A stretch of 64,000 nt of DNA from Gammaproteobacteria bacterium (GTDB taxonomy: Bacteria; Pseudomonadota; Gammaproteobacteria; Eutrophobiales; Eutrophobiaceae). Of the stretch, positions 45,589 through 57,133 are shown piece after piece (positions within the stretch are counted from its first letter, which is position 1; each line of letters begins with the position of its first letter). The DNA is taken from contig OZ250183.1 in the NCBI GenBank assembly GCA_965238225.1, positions 1,152,001-1,216,000 on the forward strand, read 5' to 3'. The notes under the pieces were generated by a model that worked only from the letters and a program-made list of their open reading frames with translations, did no database searches and was not told where the DNA came from. Made by a program: the position numbers and the translations under genes.

Positions 45589-47244
45589 GTGTTAATTAAA
45601 TTATCAGGTGGCACAGTTTATGACCCTATGCATGGCATAAAAGGTGAGAAGAAAGATATTTATATCCATGATGGGCGCATCATCAAAAAGCCAGTTGTAG
45701 CTTCCGATATTGATAAAACCTACGATCTTGCTGGTAAGATTATTATGGCTGGCGCTATTGATATACACACTCATATTGGCGGTGGCAAGGTTAATATTGC
45801 GCGCATAATGTTACCGGAAGATCACAGACAGGATATTATCAGCCATACACCACTAACACGTTCAGGATGTGGTTATGCCGTTCCTTCTACTTTGACTACA
45901 GGCTACCGCTATGTAGAAATGGGCTATACCACATGTTTTGAACCTGCGATGCTGCCTACCAATGCACGTCAGACGCATATGGAAATGGCGGACACTCCGA
46001 TTGTCGATAAAGGTGCTTATGCCATGCTTGGCAATGATGATTTTTTCCTGCGAATGCTGGCAACAAAAAAAGATCAAAAAGCCATCACTGATTATGTTGC
46101 CTGGACTATTAATGCCACTCAAGCGCTTGCAATCAAGGTTATTAATCCCGGTGGGATTAGTGCGTTTAAATTCAATCAACGTCAGCTGGATCTAGATGAG
46201 CATAATGAACATTATGGCGTGACGCCCAGAGATGTCATTAAGTCCCTTGCCAAAGCTGTCGGTGAATTAGGCATCCCCCATCCTTTACACGTCCATGGGT
46301 GCAATCTCGGAGTCCCTGGAAATATGCAAACAACATTAGATACAATCCGTAGTGTTGAAGGGATGCCTTTACATCTGACCCATATTCAATTCCACAGTTA
46401 TGGTACCGAGGGAAAACGGCAATTTTCTTCTGCTGCTGCCGAGATTGCAGAAGCAGTTAATTCCAACCCCAATATTTCTATTGATGTAGGTCAGATTTTA
46501 TTTGGACAAACGGTCACTATATCTGGCGATACTATGCATCAATATGCTGGACATCGGCATGCACACCCAAAAAAATGGGTGCTTATGGATATTGAATGTG
46601 ACGGTGGCTGTGGTGTCGTACCCTTTAAGTATAGAGATAAAAATTTTGTCAACGCGCTGCAATGGGCCATTGGCCTTGAACTGTTTTTACTGGTAAACGA
46701 TCCGTGGCGTATATTTCTCACGACAGATCATCCCAATGGCGCACCTTTTACCAGCTACCCACACTTGATTCGCTTATTGATGGATCGCAGTTTTCGAAAC
46801 GACATGTTGGCAACCATTAATAAAGACGCAGTAGCCGCAAGCATACTGGGCAGTATTAATCGGGAGTATTCGCTTTATGACATCGCAATCATGACCAGAG
46901 CAGCACCGGCTAAGAGTCTTGGGCTAAGAAATAAAGGGCATCTAGGTTCTGGAGCGATTGCAGATATCACTGTATATAACGATGTGAAAAACAAAGAAAA
47001 GATGTTTGAAAAACCGCTTTACGTATTCAAAGACGGCGAATTGGTCGCTAAAAATGGAAAGATTGTGAGAATTACTTCTGGCGGCACACATGTTTTACGA
47101 CCAGAATATGACAAAGGTATTGAGCGCTCTTTAAGCCGTTATTTCGATGCATACCAAACAGTTAAACTTGGTAATTTCAAGATTGATAATGATGAAATCA
47201 TCGATGATGGCCGGGGAAGCATTATCGTACAACCATGCGCATAA
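45589..47244 (+). CDS. fhcA: Formyltransferase/hydrolase complex subunit A
   Basis: IDIHTHIGGGK, HVHGCNLG, HIQFHSYG, TTDHPNG amidohydrolase motifs. Confidence 0.96.
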   Translation: MLIKLSGGTVYDPMHGIKGEKKDIYIHDGRIIKKPVVASDIDKTYDLAGKIIMAGAIDIHTHIGGGKVNIARIMLPEDHRQDIISHTPLTRSGCGYAVPSTLTTGYRYVEMGYTTCFEPAMLPTNARQTHMEMADTPIVDKGAYAMLGNDDFFLRMLATKKDQKAITDYVAWTINATQALAIKVINPGGISAFKFNQRQLDLDEHNEHYGVTPRDVIKSLAKAVGELGIPHPLHVHGCNLGVPGNMQTTLDTIRSVEGMPLHLTHIQFHSYGTEGKRQFSSAAAEIAEAVNSNPNISIDVGQILFGQTVTISGDTMHQYAGHRHAHPKKWVLMDIECDGGCGVVPFKYRDKNFVNALQWAIGLELFLLVNDPWRIFLTTDHPNGAPFTSYPHLIRLLMDRSFRNDMLATINKDAVAASILGSINREYSLYDIAIMTRAAPAKSLGLRNKGHLGSGAIADITVYNDVKNKEKMFEKPLYVFKDGELVAKNGKIVRITSGGTHVLRPEYDKGIERSLSRYFDAYQTVKLGNFKIDNDEIIDDGRGSIIVQPCA

Positions 47245-47253
47245 GAGTAAAAC

Positions 47254-48150
47254 GTGAAAATTAATGGCGTAACAATAGATGATACTTTTGCGGAAGCCTT
47301 TCCTATGAAGGTAGCGCGCATCATCATCACTGCAATGACGTTGAAGTGGGCGCATCATGCTGCAGACTCACTAAGAGGATTTGCCTCTTCTGTAATTGCC
47401 TGTGGCTGTGAAGCAGATATTGAACGTGAACTGAAGCCATCTGAAACACCAGATGGTCGCCCCGGTATCTCCTTGATGATATTCGCCATGTCGATGAAAG
47501 ATTTGGAAAAACAAATACCCATGCGCGTTGGGCAATCCATCATGACAAGCCCAACATCCGCTTGTTATTCTGGTATTGATAGCGGACAACAGGTGTCCAT
47601 GGGCAAGCACCTGCGCTATTTTGGTGATGGTCACCAAATATCAAAAAAGGTAAATGGTCGCCGTTTCTGGCGCATTCCTGTGATGCATGGCGAATTTATA
47701 GTCGAAGACACGGTTGGCACAAGCGAGGCTATAGGCGGTGGGAATTTTCTGGTGCTGGGAAAAACGTCTCGTCATGTCTTGAAGGCCTGTGAACAGGCCA
47801 TAAAGGAGATTAAAAAAATTCCAAATGTAATTACCCCTTTCCCTGGCGGAATCGTTGGATCCGGATCTAAGGTTGGCTCAAAATATGACTTTCTTTCAGC
47901 ATCTACAAACGAAGCTTATTGCCCGACATTAAAAGGTCAAGTTGAATCTTATCTGGAAGATAAAATCGGTTCGGTACTGGAGATTGTTATTAATGGTCTT
48001 GAGAAAGAATCAGTAAGTGAAGCTATGCGAGTTGGCGTGCTTGCTGCTTGCGCGCATGGTTCTAAAAAAGGTATCTATCGCATCAGTGCCGGTAATTATG
48101 GTGGCAATCTAGGGCCTCACCATTTTCATCTAAGAAAAATTCTCAAATGA
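47254..48150 (+). CDS. fhcD: Formyltransferase subunit D
   Basis: IDDTFAEAF, TPDGRPG, GGGNF, PFPGG, SAGNYGG. Confidence 0.96.
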   Translation: MKINGVTIDDTFAEAFPMKVARIIITAMTLKWAHHAADSLRGFASSVIACGCEADIERELKPSETPDGRPGISLMIFAMSMKDLEKQIPMRVGQSIMTSPTSACYSGIDSGQQVSMGKHLRYFGDGHQISKKVNGRRFWRIPVMHGEFIVEDTVGTSEAIGGGNFLVLGKTSRHVLKACEQAIKEIKKIPNVITPFPGGIVGSGSKVGSKYDFLSASTNEAYCPTLKGQVESYLEDKIGSVLEIVINGLEKESVSEAMRVGVLAACAHGSKKGIYRISAGNYGGNLGPHHFHLRKILK

Positions 48151-48980
48151 GTCCATTAATTTTCACATTAAAAACAAGGCTTGGATTTTCTCTGGATATT
48201 TCAGAACTTACGCCAGACAAACTTTCAAAAAAGAACAAATCTCAGATTAAAAATATAAAACTGAGTTATGGTAAAAAGAAAATACCCATAATGGAATTAT
48301 TCACTATCTCAGGAAATGATACTAACAATATTCAGATACATCGTAGTTGTAATAAGCTGATCTGTGTGGGTCACGGCTTAAGCTATGGTTCAATCCATAT
48401 AAAAGGAAATGTTGGTGACTTACTCGGCCAACATATGCGAGGTGGTTACATCAAAATAAATGGCAATGCCGATTCTTGGGTAGGCAATAAAATGGCAGGT
48501 GGGCGCATTGATATTACTGGCAGTGTAGGTCATTATATTGGCGCAGGGAAGCTTGGTGATGCCTTCGGCATGACAGAAGGGCTTATAAATATCAAAGGCT
48601 CTGCTGGTCACCGTGTTGGTGACAGAATGAGGCGTGGGATGATTATAATACATGGCAAAACAGGTGATTTTTGTGGCAGTCGCATGCATGCTGGCACCAT
48701 CTTAGTGCTAGGAAAAGCAGGTACAAATGTTGGTACTGGCATGAGGCGTGGAACGATTATTCTCTCCAAAAAACCCAAACATATCATCGCAACCTTCAAA
48801 AGCAATGGCAATTTAAAGATGCAATTTGTGCGTTTATTATTCACACAACTTATGAAAATGGGAAAGGAATTTCCAAAATTTAGAAAACTTGATCCTGAAG
48901 TACATCGTTTTTCTGGAGATCTTTCTAGAAATGGCAAAGGCGAAATTTTAATTTTACAAGCATTAAATTTAGAAAAATAA
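48147..48980 (+). CDS. fhcC: Formyltransferase/hydrolase complex subunit C
   Basis: GxGxM..G beta-helix repeats, GDRMRRG, GKGEIL. Confidence 0.95.
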   Translation: MSPLIFTLKTRLGFSLDISELTPDKLSKKNKSQIKNIKLSYGKKKIPIMELFTISGNDTNNIQIHRSCNKLICVGHGLSYGSIHIKGNVGDLLGQHMRGGYIKINGNADSWVGNKMAGGRIDITGSVGHYIGAGKLGDAFGMTEGLINIKGSAGHRVGDRMRRGMIIIHGKTGDFCGSRMHAGTILVLGKAGTNVGTGMRRGTIILSKKPKHIIATFKSNGNLKMQFVRLLFTQLMKMGKEFPKFRKLDPEVHRFSGDLSRNGKGEILILQALNLEK

Positions 48981-48984
48981 ATTT

Positions 48985-50450
48985 ATGAAACGAACACGCG
49001 GGCATAAAGGGCGTATCTATAGAGTACCACCCGCATAAGGCTGTTGCTGATATCTAAAAGCTACTTGGGAATGAATCTCGCAATCGAGATATGCTGATTG
49101 ACATCTGCATAAAATTCAAGATCGCTTTGGTCAGATTTCCAGTCGTCATATCTTGGCATTATCGATAGAGATGAGTTTGCCTATGGCTGAGGTCTATGAA
49201 ACAGCAACTTTCTACCATCACTTTGATGTCATGAAACCAAAAGAGGCTGCAATACCTCCTTTAACCATACGTGTTTGCGAATCTTTAAGTTGTGAGATGT
49301 TTGGTGCAAAAGAGCTGTTTGAAGATTATAAAATAAAATATAAGAGTGATATTCGTATTCAAAAAATCCCATGCGTTGGTCGCTGCGATAGAGCCCCTGT
49401 TGCCATTGCTGGTACAAACCCTATCGAATATGCCACTTATGAAAAAATAGAGAATGCAGTAGCCAGAAAAGATTTTGATATCGCTCTACCAGAGTACATT
49501 AATTATATTGCTTATAGAAATTCAGGTGGTTACCAAACACTGATTGATTGTGTTAACAATGACCATAAACGAGAAAAAATTGTCAAAATTATGGAAATTC
49601 AAAACTCCGAGGATTGGGAGGTGCGGGCTTTCCTATAGGACAAAAATAGCGCATTTTAAAGCAACAGACCAAGCCTAGGTTAGTCGACATTAACATTGAC
49701 GAAGGTGAGCCTAGAACATTCAAAGATCGTTATTATTTGGAACGAGATCCGCACAGATTTATTGAAGGAACACTCGATGCCGTAGAACACTAGAAAAAGA
49801 ACTGGACGCATCGAAACAAAACCCGCCTTGCAAGTTACCAAATATTTACCTGAGGCGAGGTGCAGGCGCCTATATTTGCGGCGAGGAATCGGCAATGATT
49901 GAATCTATTTGAAAGGCAAGAAAGGGATATCTCGGCTACGATCTCCCTATATTGCTCAGGTTTGCTTATTTGGAAGACCGACACTGGAGCAAAATATAGA
50001 ATCAATGCATTGGGTCAGAGATATCATTGAAAACGGTGCCAAATGGTTTTCATCTGAAGGTCGTCATGGCCGTACAGGGCTAAGATCATTCTCTATAAGC
50101 GGTCGTGTTAATAAGCCTAGCATGCATCTCGCATCTGCAGTATCACAATGCTCAAACTGATTGATGAATATTGTGGTGGCATGCTTGATGGTCATGAATT
50201 TTATGGCTACTTCCCGGGCGGCGCTTCTGGCGGTATCTTGCCCGCGTCACTGGGCAATGTGCCACTGGATTTTGACACGCTTCAAGAGTACGGTTGTTTC
50301 ATTGGTTCAGCTGCGATTGTCGTGCTGTCAAATAAAGACAGCGCTAAAGATATGGCGCTAAATGCCATGCGTTTTTTTGAAGATGAATCTTGCGAACAAT
50401 GCACGCCATGCCGCGTTGGCACAGCAAAGGCTTCCCGTTATAAAAGATAA
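48985..50450 (+). pseudogene. NAD-dependent formate dehydrogenase beta subunit (NuoE+NuoF fusion, Fdh1B-like), pseudogene
   Basis: Fragments in shifting frames: [78 protein letters not shown]. Confidence 0.9.
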
Positions 50451-50871
50451 TCATATTCAGTATGTTGATGGTCGTAATGGGCTGGAAAACTTGGGAAGAT
50501 TTATGTGTCAAAGGTCGTTATGGTTTTGACTATGTCCACCATTCAGATCGCTTAACAACTCCGCTTATTCGCAAGGAGGGCATGACAAAATCGACAGCCT
50601 TAATCGATCCTTCTGAAATCATAAATATTTTCGAGCAGCAAGCTGGGAGGAAGCCTATCTATTTCAGAAATTGATTAGAACTGGTTTTAAGACCAACAAT
50701 GTGGATCATTGTACCCGTCTATGCCATGCCTCGTCTGTAGTTGCCCTGCTTGAGACTATTGGTTCAGAAGCCGTCTCAAACCAAGTAGCTGATGGCGCTA
50801 ATGCTGAGGTGATTATTGTTATTGGCTCAAGACCAAGTGATAATCATCCTGTTGCAGCCACATTTCTTTAA
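50451..50871 (+). pseudogene. Formate dehydrogenase alpha subunit (Mo/W-bisPGD) fragment; most of the gene is deleted
   Basis: [46 protein letters not shown]; only ~420 bp remain. Confidence 0.88.
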
Positions 50872-50875
50872 TTAT

Positions 50876-51622
50876 TTAAGAACTGAACTCTACACTTTTT
50901 AAGGTCAGAACTTCCCTTACTAAAGGCACAGACGAACTTCCTAAGTCATTGATTACTGTTCTTATTTGGTACAATTTTCCCGGTATTTTATCCGATATAA
51001 TAAATTCATAACTTTTATCAGAAAATTCTCCCAACCTATCTTTATTTTTTATATTTGCATAAGGATATAAAACAATTTTTTCGCCCTCATACTGTTTTCC
51101 TTCCAGTTCAATAGATACATGCTCACTGGTATCACTGTTTGCTATCGCTAACTTTATTTGTCGATGAAAATATTTCCAATTGCCTCCAGTAAAACGATCC
51201 ATTTCGTAAACGTCGCCCTGTAAATATATGCCTAGCACCGGATTGCCAGTGATATGATTCACATTACTGGGTGAAACTTTTTGTTTTTGATCACCTGAAA
51301 AAAAATCAAGTATAGTATCTCTCGTGCCATCCTCATTTATCTTAACAATATCAAGATAAACATCGTCAATGAATCCATCCTCATATGATCCTGTCTTCTC
51401 AAACTCATAGTGCAATCTTGCTGTTTGCTTAATATTTAATAAATGTTTATCTATCCACAGTTTATTTTCGGCATTTGAAAAATTAAATTCATTAGGATCA
51501 ATCATTCCTGTATCATCTATTGAACCGATTTGCGGCTTTATTTCTTTTTTTGTGGTTTCTTCAGAAAAAACCTGAAATGGGCTTAAAAATATAATTAGCA
51601 GTAATGGTAAGTGTCTGATCAT
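50876..51622 (-). CDS. Exported hypothetical protein downstream of xoxJ
   Basis: Signal peptide; LHYEFEKTG, GNPVL, EMDRFTGG...YF; co-oriented with xoxF and xoxJ. Confidence 0.7.
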   Translation of the reverse strand: MIRHLPLLLIIFLSPFQVFSEETTKKEIKPQIGSIDDTGMIDPNEFNFSNAENKLWIDKHLLNIKQTARLHYEFEKTGSYEDGFIDDVYLDIVKINEDGTRDTILDFFSGDQKQKVSPSNVNHITGNPVLGIYLQGDVYEMDRFTGGNWKYFHRQIKLAIANSDTSEHVSIELEGKQYEGEKIVLYPYANIKNKDRLGEFSDKSYEFIISDKIPGKLYQIRTVINDLGSSSVPLVREVLTLKSVEFSS

Positions 51623-51658
51623 TGCAATTTACACTTAAATTTTAACACTGGATGATGA

Positions 51659-52567
51659 CTAGTCATCATCTGGTTCAGACTTTGGCTTCACAGCTACAAT
51701 AGGGATGCCATAGCTACTAATAATCGCGTTTATATCTTCTTGATATTTATCAATAAGCTCATTTAATTGAGCTTTCCATTCATTATCACCATGTCTGACA
51801 GCCATAGACATATTATAAACAAATTTCATTTCTGGCATTTTTGGGTCGTCACCTAAGGGCAGTATCGCCAACTCACCTCTATCTTTATTTTGCGCAGAAA
51901 AATATGCTGCTGTTGGCCCCCAAACGATAGTCGTATCTATTATTCCGTCATATAGATCGTTCAGAATAATTTCGGTGGGGTTTTTTCTGGAATCACCCAA
52001 CTGAAACTGATATGGAACCATCTCGTCCATCAGCTTATGCATGGAAACCCAAAATTGCGCCGGACCACTATCAAACAGACCAAACTTAAACTTATTGCCT
52101 TTAGCCTTTAGCCTTCCCAGCATCTCCGGTTTTGTGATACTGTCTAGTCCTCTGCCTTTCACATACACCAGAGCATAGGTTGATACGTAATAAGGTTTGG
52201 TTGTTGCTGCCAGTTCAAAATGCTCTGGTACGCTCAAAACTAAATCACATTTAAAAATGCCACGTTCTTCAGAACGAAGTGTATTACGAATGAATCCTAT
52301 GCGCTGTGGAAACCATTGGTATTTAAGTTCGGCTCCGAGAGCTTTGGCAAATAATTCAGCGATCTTGTTTTCCATGCCTTCTTGATTTTTATTGGAAAAT
52401 GGCATCAATTCAGGATCGGCGCATACTTTCAAAACAGGACGATTTTTGTATTTAGATTCTTCAGCAAAAGAAATATTACTGATAAAGCCGAGAATAAAAA
52501 TCAGAATCAGGGTAGAAAATCTTCGCGTTGATTGCTTGATAACTATAAAAAAATTTAACATTTTCAT
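51659..52567 (-). CDS. xoxJ: XoxJ/MxaJ-like periplasmic binding protein
   Basis: LKVCADPELMPFSN, GFIRNTL...CDLV, TKPYY.STY, VWGP.A.Y, SMAVRHGD..WK. Confidence 0.88.
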   Translation of the reverse strand: MKMLNFFIVIKQSTRRFSTLILIFILGFISNISFAEESKYKNRPVLKVCADPELMPFSNKNQEGMENKIAELFAKALGAELKYQWFPQRIGFIRNTLRSEERGIFKCDLVLSVPEHFELAATTKPYYVSTYALVYVKGRGLDSITKPEMLGRLKAKGNKFKFGLFDSGPAQFWVSMHKLMDEMVPYQFQLGDSRKNPTEIILNDLYDGIIDTTIVWGPTAAYFSAQNKDRGELAILPLGDDPKMPEMKFVYNMSMAVRHGDNEWKAQLNELIDKYQEDINAIISSYGIPIVAVKPKSEPDDD

Positions 52568-52587
52568 AAATTACATCATCAGGATGC

Positions 52588-53019
52588 TTATTTAGTAGCT
52601 GTCAGTTTCTTTTTCAGTTTAAAGATAACGCCCTTCTCTCTGCCTTTAGCATTAGCCTGAATTTGCTCCATATTATTGGCTTCGCCAACAATGATTGCTC
52701 CGATCATGCCATTAGCATAATGCGGATTACACTTATAGATATAAACACCTTCTGCATCTAATGTAATCGCAAATTCCTGACCAATATTTGACTTCCATGC
52801 TTTTACACCTTCAGGTATCAGGTCGTCCATAGACTGAGTATCATGAACAACCATATTGCTCCACTGAACAGTATCCCCTGGCTTTATAAATACATGTATA
52901 GGATTAAAATTAGTCGCGCCTGCCGCGACTATATGTTCTTCGGCGCCTGCATTAAAGGATACGAACAACACCAGCAAATAAGCTAACCTTGGAAAAGTTT
53001 TCATTATTTTCACCCTCAC
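52588..53019 (-). CDS. Pseudoazurin/plastocyanin-family blue copper protein
   Basis: Signal peptide; F.P..V.IKPGDTV.W, His in VHDTQS, YKCNPHYANGM (C-x2-H-x4-M type-1 Cu site); no CxxCH. Confidence 0.92.
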   Translation of the reverse strand: MRVKIMKTFPRLAYLLVLFVSFNAGAEEHIVAAGATNFNPIHVFIKPGDTVQWSNMVVHDTQSMDDLIPEGVKAWKSNIGQEFAITLDAEGVYIYKCNPHYANGMIGAIIVGEANNMEQIQANAKGREKGVIFKLKKKLTATK

Positions 53020-53131
53020 CCTATTGAGGTTTCGTATTGTTTTAAGACAATTAAATTGATATAGCGTTCAATAATATACCATCGGTGCGCACCTGCTACT
53101 AAAAACTACCTAAAGTGCAGACGCAATTAAC

Positions 53132-53162
53132 AAAAAAGCCCCGACCATAAGGTCAGGGCTTT
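53132..53162 (-). terminator. Intrinsic terminator directly after xoxF
   Basis: Minus strand AAAGCCCTGACC-TTAT-GGTCGGGGCTTTTTT. Confidence 0.8.
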
Positions 53163-53218
53163 CCATAACTACACACAAACCATAAGTTTAAAAAGTTTCA
53201 AACTTACTTAAGTGCTGT

Positions 53219-55120
53219 TTAAGGTAGTGCGAAAACCATCAAAGTACCGCCAGCACGTGAAGACTTCAACAGACCTCTGTAACCACCAACAGCGCCAAGT
53301 GCTGCTGTGTCAGGAGCTGCGGCTAAACCTGGGATAGCAGCAACTGCGCCAGCCCAACCACCAATACCTGATAAGACACCGACATATTGCTTGCCATTGT
53401 GCGTCCAAGTGTTGAAGTTACCGATAATGCCTGAAGGAGTTTTAAATTTCCAAAGAAGCTTACCACTCTTGGCATGTACAGCTTTAGCCCAACCTTCAAG
53501 ATTGCCGTAGAAAACTACGTTGCCTGCGGTTGCAAGCACGCCTGACCATACTGAATACTGCTCAGGAATAGACCATACGATCTTACCTTTGCTAGCATCC
53601 CATGCAATCATATTGCCCATGTTGTCTTTTGCTGCATTGTTGTTCGGACACTCCGGACATACTGCGCCAGCAGGATACATGGTTAAATTTGCATTCACGA
53701 AAGCCTGACCTGAAACATATTTATTACCGCCAGCAGCATAGCTAACTGGTTCGTAAGTCATACATACGTGGTTGGTAGGAACATAGAAAAGACCTGACTT
53801 TGGCGAATAAGCAGCAGGCTGCTCATCCTTAGTACCTAAAGCTGCAGGACAGATGTCTTTAGAAACAACGTCTTCGCCGTTACCGCCTGTGCTCTTGGAA
53901 GCAACACGTTGTGGCAAACCTGTTTTCAGATCAATACCTGTTGCCCAGTTCACTGATGGATCATATTTTTCAGCAACCAACAAAGCACCCGTTTTACGGT
54001 TCATAGTATAGGCAAAGCCATTACGGTCAAAGTGAACCAGTGCTGGTGTCATCTTGCCTTTAACTCTGAAGTCAACCAGAATCATTTCGTTAACGCCATC
54101 ATAGTCCCACTCATCATGAGGAGTCATCTGATAGACCCAATTTGCAACACCAGTGTCGATATCACGAGCGAAAATAGTCATAGACCATTTATTGTCGCCA
54201 GGACGCACAACCGGGTTCCATGTTCCAGGGTTACCACTGCCGTAATACACGAGGTTCGCGTCAAAATCAGCAGGCCACCAACCCCATGTGGAGCCGCCGC
54301 CTTGTTTCCATTGATCACCTTTCCATGAATTCAAGCTGGAATTTTTACCAACTTTCTTACCCAGTGAAGTCGTGTTTTTATCGAACAACATATCTGAATC
54401 AGGACCCATGCTGAAAGCACGCCATGCCAGACTACCGTCTTTTGCGTTGTACGCAGCTAACCAACAACGAACACCAAACTCAGCACCAGAACAACCAGTA
54501 ATAATTTTATCCTTGATTGGGTGCGGTGCATTGGTATTGGTCATACCTGATGTAGGACCGTAAGGACCACCCAAGCTAGCAGGAATATCCGCACCATTTT
54601 TGACTGACCATACGAGCTTACCTGTTTTGGCATTCAGGGCTACCAAAGTGGAGTCAGCTTGTTGCAGATAAATCTGACCCATTGAATAACCAAGACCACG
54701 GTTAACAGTATCGCAGCACATAACTGGTACAGTTACGTCGAAATCCTGTTGTGGTTCGTAATGCCAAATGATTCCCAGTGTATCCAAGTCGATCGCAAAC
54801 GTATTGTTTGGAAAAGCAGCATGAATATACAGGGTATCACCAGACAGACCAGTTGCAGAACTAGGCAGTACTAAAGGACCGCCTTCGTGACCACGCAGAA
54901 CACCTGTTGAAAATGTCCACGCAGCTGATAATTTACCGACATTCCTACTGTTGATTTGTTTCAACTCAGAATAACGATGATTGTTGTAATTACCGCCTGG
55001 AAATGCCCAATAGTTAGGATTCTGTGTCAGCTTACGAACTTCATCATTCGCAGACGCTGCCACAGGCACCATCAGAGCAATCGCAGCGATTACTAACGAT
55101 TTAAAAAATATTTTACTCAT
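53219..55120 (-). CDS. xoxF: Lanthanide-dependent PQQ methanol dehydrogenase XoxF
   Basis: Vicinal [34 protein letters not shown] (DxD lanthanide Asp; MxaF has DYAG), GTKDEQP; no mxaI nearby. Confidence 0.93.
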   Translation of the reverse strand: MSKIFFKSLVIAAIALMVPVAASANDEVRKLTQNPNYWAFPGGNYNNHRYSELKQINSRNVGKLSAAWTFSTGVLRGHEGGPLVLPSSATGLSGDTLYIHAAFPNNTFAIDLDTLGIIWHYEPQQDFDVTVPVMCCDTVNRGLGYSMGQIYLQQADSTLVALNAKTGKLVWSVKNGADIPASLGGPYGPTSGMTNTNAPHPIKDKIITGCSGAEFGVRCWLAAYNAKDGSLAWRAFSMGPDSDMLFDKNTTSLGKKVGKNSSLNSWKGDQWKQGGGSTWGWWPADFDANLVYYGSGNPGTWNPVVRPGDNKWSMTIFARDIDTGVANWVYQMTPHDEWDYDGVNEMILVDFRVKGKMTPALVHFDRNGFAYTMNRKTGALLVAEKYDPSVNWATGIDLKTGLPQRVASKSTGGNGEDVVSKDICPAALGTKDEQPAAYSPKSGLFYVPTNHVCMTYEPVSYAAGGNKYVSGQAFVNANLTMYPAGAVCPECPNNNAAKDNMGNMIAWDASKGKIVWSIPEQYSVWSGVLATAGNVVFYGNLEGWAKAVHAKSGKLLWKFKTPSGIIGNFNTWTHNGKQYVGVLSGIGGWAGAVAAIPGLAAAPDTAALGAVGGYRGLLKSSRAGGTLMVFALP

Positions 55121-55550
55121 ACCTGCCCACCCCTCTTTGAAATGTTATGCTTAAATTATACGCGATCTCGTATGTACACAGAAAACCCTCCAACGTCCTG
55201 AGATCGGCAGACATCAGGAAGAGTTGTAAAAAATTCTATTTTGCTCAGGAATTAATCGAAGATATCCAAACCACACAGACTCTGCAGACGGTTTAAAAAA
55301 ATGTTGACTGCTATCATATATTTTTATCAGATATCCATTCAATGTTAATTATTTTGATTCGCTTTGAGCATCTACAAAAACTACGATAAAAAATCGCAAT
55401 AAATTCGTTTTTAGCGATCATTGCAATATTTGTATTTATTATTTCCTTAAAATTTGTACTTTATTAGGTATTACTACCAGTCGTACTTCATTCTCAGTGG
55501 ATGAGAGTTGCATTGTAGCAAGTAAATTTTATCCTAACAAACTTTATTAT

Positions 55551-55584
55551 TTAATCCTGAACTTTAATTAATCCTGAACTTTAA
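55551..55584. repeat. 17-bp perfect tandem duplication upstream of xoxF
   Basis: TTAATCCTGAACTTTAA twice. Confidence 0.85.
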
Positions 55585-56085
55585 ATCTTTAAAATTCTAA
55601 AATTTTATCCTTAAAAACATTGAAGAAAATATTACCAGTATCATACGTTACTTACCAAACAATTATCAGCAACAACTTTAAAGTACACATCCAATTAATG
55701 CAGTGCAGCAATTCTAGATGAGTATTTTTAAAGCGTACAAATATATTTCCACACATTTCAGTCCGTTTTATTTTGATGGTTTGCATTAAGAATATGTACG
55801 TGTACGATCGTATATCTTAGTCATCTATTATTTAATTACTTAATTAATAATTACTTAGATAATCTTTTTAAATAATAAGATTAACTCTTGATATGATTAG
55901 TTTGATATTATTTGGAGTTAATCTCATCCGTTCTTTCATGAAAATTTAGTGAAATTTGATGGTATTGAGCCCTCGCCGACAGGTAAACGTCGTGTTGCTA
56001 AAATTATAAAGACTCAAAAAAACATTGTTAAAGATTTACACCTGAAATGAATATTTAGTATTATTATCTGGCGGCATTAAGAAAA

Positions 56086-56951
56086 ATGACATTTGTATTC
56101 AAAACATTAATCCATGCAGCCTCGGCGATGGTCATATTTGCACTGGCCATACCAGTCATGGCCGGTATAGACCTTGATAATCTGAGAAACAGAAACCTAA
56201 ACGACCTGAAAAAGGCATCTGATAAGGTCTAGGGGGAAACCCTGCGCCCTAGGGCATTTCAAAATAGGACAATTAATGAAAAACAAGCCGATGCTGTCAT
56301 TGATGCAAAGGCTCCTTTTAGGTCAGAAGATGCGTCGATAGTACCAGTTTCTATTCACTACAAAGATTCCACAGACGATGGATCGCTACATTAAAAAATT
56401 ACATATCTACCTCGATAAGAATCCATTGCCGCTTGTTGGCATCTTTAAATTTACACCTGAAAGTGGTAAAGCAGATATTGCTATGCGTATCAGAGTTGAC
56501 GACAACACCTGTTTTCGCGTTATCACAGAAATGAATAATGGTGACTTATTGATGAGTAAATCATTTATCCGCTCACTCGGTGGTTGTTCAGAACCTTTGG
56601 GCGCAAGTTGTAGATGAATCACTTAGACGTATGGACAAAATGAAGATGAAGATCGTGGGAGATTTATCCTTTAGGATAAGAGACTATGATGCAACTTAAG
56701 ATAAGCCATCCAAATATCACGGGCTTGGTACCAGCCAAAAAACTGGCATCAAACCACCTCCTCATTTCTTAAAAGAATTTAAAGTAAGCTATGACGGTAA
56801 AACAATCATGAAGGCCAATATAACATTTGCCATCTCCCAAGATCCTATCTTTCGTTTCTTTTTCACGCCAAAAAAGGAAACGGATATAATCGTTCAAGCT
56901 ATCAATACGAAAAATAATGAATTGCAATCAACACATTCAGTGACCTTATAA
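56086..56951 (+). pseudogene. Quinoprotein dehydrogenase-associated SoxYZ-like carrier, frameshifted
   Basis: Signal peptide...APFRSEDASIVPV /frameshift/ DKNPLP...RIRVD...GGCSEP /lesions/ ISHPNITGL...AISQDPIFRF. Confidence 0.8.
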
Positions 56952-57133
56952 AATAAGTTAATGTACAGAAAACTGGATACATAGACTTCATAGTCACTAA
57001 GCCCTGCAAAGTTAATCGTGGTTAAAAGGAGCTCTTGTTCCTTCCTCTAATTTAATTTACAAAACAGTTTAATAAGTTCGTAAATTTCATTTTGTCTAAA
57101 CTTATCTGAATCCTTTATAATCTTGTTGCACCT

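Noticed and set aside
44296-48980. Methanogen-type formylmethanofuran dehydrogenase
   Set aside because: The BADC order with fae, mtdB and mch is the bacterial Fhc complex; no Fwd/Fmd D, F or G subunits.
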